This document shows positions 40,517-50,547 of a stretch of 64,000 nucleotides of DNA, piece by piece. Source of the DNA: Bacteroidota bacterium (GTDB taxonomy: Bacteria > Bacteroidota > Ignavibacteria > Kapaibacteriales > HRBIN21); NCBI GenBank assembly GCA_030550275.1, contig JAUQPR010000005.1:19899-83898 (forward strand). The letters are read 5' to 3'. Every line of letters begins with the position of its first letter. Position 1 is the stretch's first letter. The translations under genes were made by a program, and so were the position numbers. The notes beneath the pieces were generated by a model. It saw only the letters and a program-made list of their open reading frames with translations. It did no database searches and was not told the DNA's origin.

Positions 40517-41097
40517 GCCGCAGCTACCTCATCCCCGTCGGCGATGTGCTCGTAGACCCAACCGCTTGGCAGACCCCCTTCGCCTGCGATCTTGAGCGCT
40601 GCCGGGGCGCCTGCTGCACTGTGCCGGGTGCCGATGGCGCCCCACTGCTCCCGGAGGAGGTTCCCCTGCTGGAGGCGCTTGCGCCGCAGCTCCTTCCGAT
40701 GCTGCCATCGCCGGCACAGGAGCTCATCCAGCAGATGGGCGCAACGGTACAGACCGAGCGTGGCGCCTTCACGCGCTGTGTTGGTGAGGGCGCATGCGTG
40801 TTTGTCTTCTGGGAGGAGGGCATTGCCCGCTGCGCCATCGAGCGCGCTTGGGAGCAGGGCGCAAGCCCACTGCGCAAGCCGCTCTCCTGCCATCTCTTCC
40901 CGCTGCGGCTCCACCGGAGCGCGCACGGCACGGTGCTGCGCTTTGAGCCCTTCTCCGAGTGCGCTCCTGCGTACGCCCACGGTCGCCGCCTGGGATGCAC
41001 GGCAACGGAGATGGTGCACGAAGCGCTTGCCCGCGCCTTCGGCGCCGAATGGTACGAGCAGCTTCAGCACACAATTGCCCGCCAGTTGTGCCCATGA
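40513..41097 (+). CDS. DUF3109-family Cys-rich protein
   Basis: FACDLERCRGACC...GAPL, CVF, CAIE, KPLSCHLFP. Confidence 0.85.
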   Translation: MSRSYLIPVGDVLVDPTAWQTPFACDLERCRGACCTVPGADGAPLLPEEVPLLEALAPQLLPMLPSPAQELIQQMGATVQTERGAFTRCVGEGACVFVFWEEGIARCAIERAWEQGASPLRKPLSCHLFPLRLHRSAHGTVLRFEPFSECAPAYAHGRRLGCTATEMVHEALARAFGAEWYEQLQHTIARQLCP

Positions 41098-42605
41098 GGT
41101 GGCTTCGGCTCCCGCTGCGGATCCGGCTGACGCTCTGGTACGGCAGCATCGTGGGGATAACACTGCTGGGCTTTGCCGCCTTCTGGTACTGGAGTGTCCG
41201 CCGAGAGCTGCTCCAGGAGCTGGACTACTCGATGGAGCAGGTCGCCAGCTCAATCCACCTGCTGCTGGAGCGGGAACGCCCGCATCTGCGGCGGCTTCAT
41301 CAGCATTCGGTGCGCCACGTGGAACGCCAGCGCCTGGGCTCGGAGCTCCTGGAGCGCCCCCTGCGCTCCTTCGTCGGACCACTGCCCGCCGACACTCTGC
41401 CGGGGAGCGAATCGCCGGTCTGGAGCGCCATCTACCAGCACATTCTGCTCAACCCGCGCAGCTACTTCCTGCAGATTGCCACCCCCGACGGGCAGCTCCT
41501 GTGGCGCTCGGCAAATCTGCAGCCCGACACACTCCCCGTGCTGCCCGATACGGTCTGGGGCATCGTGCGCGGCGGTGAACAGCTCGTGCGCGGTCGCCCG
41601 ACTCGCTTGCTGCTCTACCGCACCAGCACAGCCCAAATTGGCGTTGCCTACAGCATGGAGGAGATCACCGCCGTGCTCACTCGGCTGATGCAAACCCTGT
41701 TGTGGGGCATCCCCGTGGTGCTGCTGCTCTCGATGCTGGGTGGCTGGATGCTGGCGCGCGCAGCACTGCGACCGGTGGAGGATATCCGCCGCACCGCCGA
41801 GCGCATCACCGCGCACAATCTCAGCCAGCGCCTGCCCATCCCGCCGACCGAGGACGAGCTGGCAAATCTCAGCCGCACCCTCAACCAGATGATCGAGCGG
41901 CTGGAGCGCTCCTTCCACCAGATTCGCCAGTTCAGCGCCGATGTCTCCCACGAGCTGCGCACCCCACTGACCATCCTCATGGGCGAGCTGGAGCTGGCGC
42001 TCCGCTCACGCCAAACCCCCGAACAGTACGAAGCCGTGCTCTCCAGCGCCCTGGAGGAGGTCATGCGGCTCCACCGCATCGTGGAGCTGCTGCTGGAACT
42101 GGCTCGCGCCGAAAGCGGACAGCTCCGGCTGGAACGCACTCCGCTGGACCTTGCCGCCCTTGCCCGCGAAGCCGTCCAAGACATGGAGCCCCTGGCAAAC
42201 GAGAGGGGCATCCAATTGTGCTACGAGGGCGTCGAGCACGCTGCCTTTACCGGTGACCCCATCCGCTTGCGCCAACTGCTGCTCAACCTGCTCAGCAACG
42301 CCCTCAAGTACACGCCCAGCGGCGGAGTGGTCCGAGTCCGCCTCCGGCACCATCCACCGGAGGGGTTGGTCCTGGAGGTTACCGATACGGGCATCGGGAT
42401 CCCACCGGAGGAGCTCCCGCACATCTTCGAGCGCTTCTACCGCGTGGACAAATCCCGTACCCGCTCCGATGGTACCGATGGGCTCGGGCTGGGATTGTCC
42501 ATCGTGCGCTGGATTGTCGAAGCCCACGGGGGCTCGATCCAGGTCGAGAGTCAGCCCGGGCACGGGAGCTGCTTCCGTGTGCTCCTCCCCACCGAGCAGC
42601 AATGA
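41094..42605 (+). CDS. HAMP-domain sensor histidine kinase (CusS/heavy-metal-sensor-like)
   Basis: IRLTLWY, SHELRTPLT, NLLSNALKY, DTGIGI, GLGLGLSI. Confidence 0.93.
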   Translation: MRWLRLPLRIRLTLWYGSIVGITLLGFAAFWYWSVRRELLQELDYSMEQVASSIHLLLERERPHLRRLHQHSVRHVERQRLGSELLERPLRSFVGPLPADTLPGSESPVWSAIYQHILLNPRSYFLQIATPDGQLLWRSANLQPDTLPVLPDTVWGIVRGGEQLVRGRPTRLLLYRTSTAQIGVAYSMEEITAVLTRLMQTLLWGIPVVLLLSMLGGWMLARAALRPVEDIRRTAERITAHNLSQRLPIPPTEDELANLSRTLNQMIERLERSFHQIRQFSADVSHELRTPLTILMGELELALRSRQTPEQYEAVLSSALEEVMRLHRIVELLLELARAESGQLRLERTPLDLAALAREAVQDMEPLANERGIQLCYEGVEHAAFTGDPIRLRQLLLNLLSNALKYTPSGGVVRVRLRHHPPEGLVLEVTDTGIGIPPEELPHIFERFYRVDKSRTRSDGTDGLGLGLSIVRWIVEAHGGSIQVESQPGHGSCFRVLLPTEQQ

Positions 42606-43474
42606 AGCGGCGTCGAACTGCCCCAAGGCTTGCCGCCGTGTGGCACTTCTTGCAGGCGCTGCACCAGCGCTTTGCGCGAGAGCACCTCTTCTTGCTCTCC
42701 GCCGGCATCGCCTTCAACATGCTGCTGTGCGTTGTGCCGATAGGGCTGCTCATCCTGTGGGGGATCGCACTGCTGCTGCCGGCGGATTTGGTGGAGACCG
42801 CCTTCCAGTCTGTGCTCCTGCACCTGGTTGCTCCCTCGGCGCAGCTGGAGCGTCTGCTGCAGGGAGTTTTGCGCGAACTCCGCATCGCCTTTGCCCATAG
42901 CTCGATTGCTGGCGTCATCGGTGCGGTGGGATTGCTATGGTCTGCTTCGGCGCTGCTGCAATCCCTGCGCACAGGGCTGGATGCCGTCTTTGGACGCGAT
43001 AGCACCAGCACGGGATGGCTGCTCCATCGGCTGCGCGATGCCGCGCTCACGGTTGCACTGCTGCTGGTGAGCCTACTGCTGGGAGCATTGACCATTGGCT
43101 GGAGCATCCTCACCGCGTTTGGCACTGAGCTGCTGCCGGAGCCTTGGCATTCGCCCCTGCAGCGGACGCTGGGCTTGGCAATTACACTGGTTGTGGAGTT
43201 CGCGCTGTTCCTGTTCCTCTTCAGCGCTGTTCCATCGCGTCCGCCGGCGCTGCGGGTGCGTCTGGTGGCAAGCCTTGCCGCAGTTGTCCTCTTGGAGCTT
43301 GCCCGCGTTGGTTTCCTCTACTACCTGCAGCATGCCCCGCTGCTGGGCTACATCTACGGCAGCTACATTGGGCTGGCAGCGCTGGGGCTGTGGACCTACT
43401 ACGCGAGCTTCCTGCTGCTGCTCTCGGCAACAGTTGCACACGAGCTCTTCCGGTTCCGCACCCATGGCGCATAG
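42602..43474 (+). CDS. YihY/virulence factor BrkB family membrane protein
   Basis: SAGIAF, LLWSAS, IYGS, W.YY motifs; about six TM segments. Confidence 0.85.
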   Translation: MKRRRTAPRLAAVWHFLQALHQRFAREHLFLLSAGIAFNMLLCVVPIGLLILWGIALLLPADLVETAFQSVLLHLVAPSAQLERLLQGVLRELRIAFAHSSIAGVIGAVGLLWSASALLQSLRTGLDAVFGRDSTSTGWLLHRLRDAALTVALLLVSLLLGALTIGWSILTAFGTELLPEPWHSPLQRTLGLAITLVVEFALFLFLFSAVPSRPPALRVRLVASLAAVVLLELARVGFLYYLQHAPLLGYIYGSYIGLAALGLWTYYASFLLLLSATVAHELFRFRTHGA

Positions 43475-44486
43475 CCTGCAGCGCGTGGGCATCGGTACGC
43501 TGCTGCTCTGCGGCATCGGAGCCGTGCTGCTGGGGATTGGGGTGCTGCTGCTGGACATCGCGCCAGGGCTGCGGTGGCTGCTGCTACTCCTGGTGGGGAT
43601 GCTCTGGACGGGGCTGTGCCTGTGGCACTGGCGAAGGCGCGTGCGCGCCTACATCGAGCAGTGGCTCCCCGGAGTGCTGGAGCGGCTCGGGCGCGTCTCC
43701 GGTGGTGCGCTGGCGGTGCGCTTCTCGGAGGCGGAGTTCCCAAAGGAGCTGCGCGCCTTGGCAGCGGAGCTCAACCGGCTCATCGGTGCTGTCGAGACAC
43801 AGCTCAGCCGCGTCCGCACACTCGAACGCTCCCACACGGAGCTGCTCGGCACCCTTGCCCATGAGCTGCGCAATCCGCTGTTCCTGCTGCGCGGCTCTGT
43901 GGAAACAGCGCTCGACAGCAGCGACCCCGCCCAGCGAGAGCACCTACTGCAGAAATCCCTGCAGCACATCGCCCGAATGGAGCGGCTGCTGGAGCAGCTG
44001 CTCGAGCTATCGCGCTTGGAATCCGGCACCCTCCCGCTCCGATGGCGCAGCATCCGGTTGGCGCCGCTGTGCACCGAGCTCTGCAACCACTTCAGCCTCC
44101 TGGCTGCCCAGCACGAGGTCACCCTGCACGTAGAGGTGCCCGAAGAGCTGGAGGTGCTTGCCGACCGCGACCGGCTGGAACAGGCGCTGGCGAACCTGCT
44201 GGAGAACGCCATCAAGTACAATCGCCCCGGCGGGCAGGTCTGGCTGCGCGCCCAGCCGCAGGAGCAGTACGTCCTCATCAGCGTGGAGGATACCGGTATC
44301 GGCATCCCGCCGGAGCACCAGGAACGCGTCTTTGAGCGCTTCTACCGGGTGCGCGAACGCCCCGTTCAGGGGAGCGGGCTGGGATTGGCGATTGTGCGCC
44401 ACATCCTGCAGGCGCACGGAGCGCGCTACGAGCTGCAGAGCCAGCCGGGCGTGGGCACCATCGTCCGCTTCTGGCTGCGCCGCTGA
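43464..44486 (+). CDS. Sensor histidine kinase (PhoR-like)
   Basis: AHELRNPL, NLLENAIKYN, DTGIGIP, GSGLGLAIV. Confidence 0.9.
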   Translation: MAHSLQRVGIGTLLLCGIGAVLLGIGVLLLDIAPGLRWLLLLLVGMLWTGLCLWHWRRRVRAYIEQWLPGVLERLGRVSGGALAVRFSEAEFPKELRALAAELNRLIGAVETQLSRVRTLERSHTELLGTLAHELRNPLFLLRGSVETALDSSDPAQREHLLQKSLQHIARMERLLEQLLELSRLESGTLPLRWRSIRLAPLCTELCNHFSLLAAQHEVTLHVEVPEELEVLADRDRLEQALANLLENAIKYNRPGGQVWLRAQPQEQYVLISVEDTGIGIPPEHQERVFERFYRVRERPVQGSGLGLAIVRHILQAHGARYELQSQPGVGTIVRFWLRR

Positions 44487-44543
44487 GGGAGTGCTCCAGC
44501 CGCGCCGCGTAAGTTTGCATGCCGTACAACTGCCCATTCGCGT

Positions 44544-45755
44544 ATGACCTCTGCCGTTGCCTCGCATCGCCGCGCCCTTGGCATCCTGTTCCTGGCGGTG
44601 TTAACCAATCTCATCGGCTTCGGCATCATCATCCCGCTGCTGCCCTTCTATGGGCAAGCCATGGGGGCGTCGGAGCTACAGATTGGGCTGCTGTTCGCCT
44701 CCTTCTCGGTTGCGCAGCTCCTGAGCTCGCCCGTGTGGGGGACGCTTTCGGACCGGTACGGGCGCAAACCCTTCCTGTTGCTGGGATTGCTGGGCGCGGC
44801 TGCCGGATTTGTCATCATGGCGCTGGCACCATCGCTGGAATGGCTCTTCATCGCCCGCCTTGTGGACGGCGCCTGCGGCGGGATGATCGCCACCGTGCGG
44901 GCATACCTGTCGGATGTGCTCGAGGAGCGGGAGCGCGCACGGGGATTTGGATTCATCGGGGCAGCCTTCGGCATCGGCTTCATCGCTGGTCCGGCATTGG
45001 GGTCGCTCCTGGTTCAGTGGAACCTGAAAGCCCCGGCATGGGCTGCTGCGGCGCTGAGTATGTTGGCAGCGGCAGTGGTGCTGCTGTGGCTGCCCGAACC
45101 CTCGCAGCATCGCCCACTCCAGCGGGGAATCCTCGTCCGGCGCTTTGCAGAGCTGTGGGGATTGCCCGCCCTGCGTCCGCTGCTACTGTTCGACCTGCTC
45201 TACTGGAGCTGCCAGGCGGTCTACCAGACCGGCTTTGCGCTCTTCCTGCATCGGCGCTTTGGCGCGAGCGAAGCACAGGTCGGCGCGCTGCTGGCAGTTG
45301 CCGGAGGCATCGGAGTGTTGACACAGCTTGTGCTGGTTGGACGCGTGACACGGCGTTGGGGCGAAACGCGCACCCTTGTGGTCGGCACACTCCTGGCAGC
45401 CCTCGGGTTGGGCGCGGCAGCGCTCGTTCCGACAATCCCGCTGTTTGTGCTCTGCCTGGTACCGGCGGCGGTCGGTGCCGGGCTTGCTTCCCCCGCCCTG
45501 CTGAGCCTGCTGAGCCGCACCACGCCACAACCTTTGCAGGGGAGCCTGCAGGGCGTGACGACCTCGCTGGAGAGCTTCGCCCGCATCGTCGGTCCCATCT
45601 GGGGCAACGGGCTGTTGCAGTTCGGGCTCTCACTGCCCTTCCTTTCTGCAGCTGCTGTGCTGCTTGGAGTAAGCGTTGCTGCTGGTCAGTACCACGAGCG
45701 CTATGCACTGGCTCCCGATGCAACCGCGCAGAGCCCTGCTGAGCGTGTGGGATAA
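44544..45755 (+). CDS. MFS transporter (TetA/DHA1-like)
   Basis: GFGIIIPLLP, GTLSDRYGRKP, GAAFGIGFIAGP; TAAGTTTG at 44510. Confidence 0.92.
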   Translation: MTSAVASHRRALGILFLAVLTNLIGFGIIIPLLPFYGQAMGASELQIGLLFASFSVAQLLSSPVWGTLSDRYGRKPFLLLGLLGAAAGFVIMALAPSLEWLFIARLVDGACGGMIATVRAYLSDVLEERERARGFGFIGAAFGIGFIAGPALGSLLVQWNLKAPAWAAAALSMLAAAVVLLWLPEPSQHRPLQRGILVRRFAELWGLPALRPLLLFDLLYWSCQAVYQTGFALFLHRRFGASEAQVGALLAVAGGIGVLTQLVLVGRVTRRWGETRTLVVGTLLAALGLGAAALVPTIPLFVLCLVPAAVGAGLASPALLSLLSRTTPQPLQGSLQGVTTSLESFARIVGPIWGNGLLQFGLSLPFLSAAAVLLGVSVAAGQYHERYALAPDATAQSPAERVG

Positions 45756-47241
45756 ACGCGGCATCACCGAGTTCGCTGCCGCCCTGGCGGAATTGGGCGT
45801 GGAACTCATCGCTTCGGAGGGCACCGGCGCCACCCTGCGTGCAGCGGGCATCCCCGTGCGCTCCCTCGGCGAACTTTTGGGAGCGACAGAGCTGCTCGAC
45901 GGACGGGTCAAGACGCTCCATCCCCTGCTGCATGCAGCAATCCTGGCGCGGCGTGACCGCCCGGAGCATCTGCAGCAGCTTGAGCAGCTTGGCATCGCTC
46001 CAATCGAGCTCGTCGTGGTGAACTTCTACCCCTTCCAGGCAATGGAGCGCTCCGGAGCTGCCCTGCCGGAGCTGCTGGAGTTCATCGACATCGGTGGTCC
46101 GGCGCTGGTGCGCGCTGCTGCCAAAAACTACCCATGGGTGGCGGTGGTGACCTCCCCGAGGCAGTACGAGGAGGTCATCGCCGAGCTGCGGCAGCACGGC
46201 TCCCTCTCGGAGGAGCTGCGCCGGCGCTACGCTGCCGAGGCGTTCGCCCTCACCGCCGCGTACGACGCTGCAATTGCCCGTGCGCTCAGCACCGAGCCCT
46301 TCCCACCGCAGTGGAGCGTGAGCCTGCCGCAGGTCCAGCGTCTGCGGTACGGAGAGAATCCCCACCAGCAGGGCTGCCTCTACGGTGATGCCTTCGGCGA
46401 ACTCTTCGAGCAGCTCCACGGCAAGGAGCTCTCGTACAACAACGTGCTCGACCTGGACGCGGCTGTTCGCCTAATCCGCGACTTCCCCGAGCCGACAGTT
46501 GCCATCCTCAAGCACACCACGCCCTGCGGGGTTGGCAGCGCTCCCGCGCTTGAGCACGCCTGGGAGAAAGCCCTTGCAACCGATCCAGTCTCGGCATTCG
46601 GCGGCATCGTTGTCACCAACAGAGCCGTCACGCGCGCGCTGGCGGAGCGGCTCTCGGAGCTCTTCCTGGAGATCATCGTTGCCCCGGAGTTTGCCGAGGA
46701 TGCCTTGGAGGTGCTGCAGCGCAAGCGGAATCTGCGTCTGCTGCGCTACCGTGCCGAGCTCCTGGCGCGGGCAGATGCGCTGGAGTTCCGCAGCATCCTG
46801 GGCGGAGCATTGGTGCAGAGCCCGGATATCGCCGTACTGCCTCCGGAGGGCTGGCAGGTGGTCACGCACCGGGCTCCAACGGAGCAGGAAGCCGCTGCAC
46901 TGGAGTTCGCCTGGCGCGTTGTCAAGCACGCAAAGTCGAACGCTGTGGTGTTTGCCGCGCCCGACCGCACCTTAGCCATCGGTTGCGGGCAGCCCTCGCG
47001 CGTGGATGCCGTGCGCGTTGCCATCCGCAAAGCCGCCGATGTGGGCATCTCGCTGGAGGGGTCGGTGATCGCCTCCGACGCCTTCTTCCCCTTTCCCGAT
47101 GCGCTCCAGGAAGCCATCCATGCCGGTATCACTGCTGCAGTCCAGCCCGGCGGCTCCGTGCGCGATGCCCTGGTCATCGAGGCTGCCAATGCCGCCGGCA
47201 TCGCCATGGTCTTCACCGGCATGCGCCACTTCCGGCATTGA
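45718..47241 (+). CDS. purH: Bifunctional AICAR transformylase/IMP cyclohydrolase
   Basis: RALLSVWDK, GRVKTLHP, IDIGGP, LRYGENPHQ, ASDAFFPF, FTGMRHFRH. Confidence 0.97.
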   Translation: MQPRRALLSVWDKRGITEFAAALAELGVELIASEGTGATLRAAGIPVRSLGELLGATELLDGRVKTLHPLLHAAILARRDRPEHLQQLEQLGIAPIELVVVNFYPFQAMERSGAALPELLEFIDIGGPALVRAAAKNYPWVAVVTSPRQYEEVIAELRQHGSLSEELRRRYAAEAFALTAAYDAAIARALSTEPFPPQWSVSLPQVQRLRYGENPHQQGCLYGDAFGELFEQLHGKELSYNNVLDLDAAVRLIRDFPEPTVAILKHTTPCGVGSAPALEHAWEKALATDPVSAFGGIVVTNRAVTRALAERLSELFLEIIVAPEFAEDALEVLQRKRNLRLLRYRAELLARADALEFRSILGGALVQSPDIAVLPPEGWQVVTHRAPTEQEAAALEFAWRVVKHAKSNAVVFAAPDRTLAIGCGQPSRVDAVRVAIRKAADVGISLEGSVIASDAFFPFPDALQEAIHAGITAAVQPGGSVRDALVIEAANAAGIAMVFTGMRHFRH

Positions 47242-47245
47242 AGCA

Positions 47246-47425
47246 GGGCTCTTCGCCGCGCACTCCAAGCACACTCGGGCGTTTGCCCAAGCCCGACCCG
47301 AGGGGCAGATTGTGCAGCAGCTCGGCACACAGATCCCCTGGCACCACCACGCTCGCCTCACCCAGAGTCTGCCCGCCGAGCTGCAGGGAAGCTGCCGAGT
47401 ATTGAGGAGCTCAAAAGAGAACCCG
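47246..47425 (+). pseudogene. YhcG/DUF1016 (PDDEXK nuclease family) remnant with large internal deletion
   Basis: RAFAQARPEGQIVQQLGTQIPWHH (N-domain motif) is joined directly to RLTQSLPAELQGS and, after a frameshift, LPSIEELKRE (family C-terminus). Confidence 0.65.
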
Positions 47426-47525
47426 CGCGATAGCACCCCAAGAGGCAGTACCGCCGCCCAAGGCTTGCCTGACATTCCCTGCGACGCGCGTAAATTAGCA
47501 CGCCGAGCGCTCGATGTGCTTTCTC

Positions 47526-47556
47526 TGCTATACTTGGGCGAAAGTGGAGAGGAGGT
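47526..47556 (+). promoter_or_regulatory. Extended -10 promoter and SD for the R-M island
   Basis: TGcTATACT at 47526-47534; GGAGGT at 47551 before ATG 47560. Confidence 0.5.
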
Positions 47557-47559
47557 GCT

Positions 47560-47760
47560 ATGGCGAAGAGGGCGCAACCCACAACCTCGTCCGCCACGTT
47601 GGGCTTCGAATCCCAGCTCTGGGCTGCCGCCAATGCCCTGCGCGGTTCCATGGACGCGGCGGAGTACAAGCACGTCGTCCTGGGGCTCATCTTCCTGAAG
47701 TACATCTCCGACGCCTTCGAGGAGCATTACGGTTACTTTTTGGCAACCATGGAGGAATGA
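47560..47760 (+). pseudogene. Truncated type I R-M HsdM (N-terminal ~55 aa only)
   Basis: [40 protein letters not shown], then an unrelated tail and stop. Confidence 0.85.
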
Positions 47761-47763
47761 AGC

Positions 47764-48663
47764 ATGCCCATTCCTGATTACCAATCGCTCATGTTGCCTC
47801 TCCTTGAGCTGTTGGAGGACGGCAAGGAACACCGGCTACGCGACGTGATATCTGCACTGGAGCAGCAGTTTGGCTTGACCGAGGAGGAGCGCAAAGCTCT
47901 CCTTCCAAGCGGGCAGCAGCCTATTTTTCATAACCGGGTAGGATGGGCAAGGACATACCTCAAGAATGCTGGGCTCTTGGAGGCACCGCAGCGAGGTTGG
48001 ATACGAATCAGCGGGCGAGGCTTGGAGGTACTTAAGCAAAAACCAGAGCGGATTGACGTGAATTTCCTTATGCAGTTTGAGGAGTTCAGGACCTTTCGAT
48101 TCTCGCGACAGCGGACGCCAGCCGAGTCCAATGCAGCAGATATCGAAACCCCCGAGGAGCTTCTGGCAAGCGCGTATGACATGCACAAGCGAAGCGTCCT
48201 ATCCGAGCTACTCGAACTGGTCAAGAAAGCCTCTCCTGAGTTCTTCGAGCGCCTGGTTGTAGAGCTGTTGGTCAAAATGGGGTACGGTGGTTCATACAAA
48301 GAAGCTGCGCAAGCTGTCGGCCGGAGCGGAGATGAAGGTGTAGACGGAGTTATTAAGGAAGACCGGCTCGGGCTCGATGTGATCTATCTCCAAGCAAAAC
48401 GCTGGGAAGGACCTGTTGGTAGACCTGAACTGCAAAAGTTCGCTGGAGCACTCCAGGGGCTCCGTGCCGGCAAAGGAGTATTCCTCACTACCTCAAGCTT
48501 CACAAGAGATGCGATCGACTATGCAGACCGACTCGGAATCAAAATCGTGCTCATTGACGGACAGCGCCTGGCTGAACTCATGTTCGAATACGGCGTCGGG
48601 GTATCGACTGTATCTACGTACGCTGTCAAAAAGGTCGACCATGACTTTTTCCTTGAAGAGTGA
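47764..48663 (+). CDS. mrr: Mrr type IV restriction endonuclease
   Basis: [57 protein letters not shown]. Confidence 0.95.
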   Translation: MPIPDYQSLMLPLLELLEDGKEHRLRDVISALEQQFGLTEEERKALLPSGQQPIFHNRVGWARTYLKNAGLLEAPQRGWIRISGRGLEVLKQKPERIDVNFLMQFEEFRTFRFSRQRTPAESNAADIETPEELLASAYDMHKRSVLSELLELVKKASPEFFERLVVELLVKMGYGGSYKEAAQAVGRSGDEGVDGVIKEDRLGLDVIYLQAKRWEGPVGRPELQKFAGALQGLRAGKGVFLTTSSFTRDAIDYADRLGIKIVLIDGQRLAELMFEYGVGVSTVSTYAVKKVDHDFFLEE

Positions 48664-48667
48664 CGTC

Positions 48668-48880
48668 ATGTCCTCCAACCAGTCCGGCGTAGGCGAAATC
48701 CGCAAGAACATCATCGAAGCCGACCTGGTGGACCGCGCCATGGAGGCGGTGGAGCGGGACAACCCCTCCCTCAAGGGCGTCCTCCCCAAGGACTACGCGC
48801 GTCCGGCGCTCGACAAGACCCGTCTCGGCCAGCTCATAGACCTGATCAGCAACATCAAAGTCGGCGATGAGGAAAGCCGC
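48668..48880 (+). pseudogene. Two HsdM fragments joined in permuted order
   Basis: [22 protein letters not shown] (late HsdM segment) is fused to [41 protein letters not shown] (early segment). Confidence 0.75.
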
Positions 48881-48929
48881 TACAGCACCCTGCTCGACCC
48901 ATGCGAAGGTAGCACGCTGGAGGCAGACC

Positions 48930-50534
<1,605 letters not shown>

Positions 50535-50547
50535 AGGGCTGTAAGCG

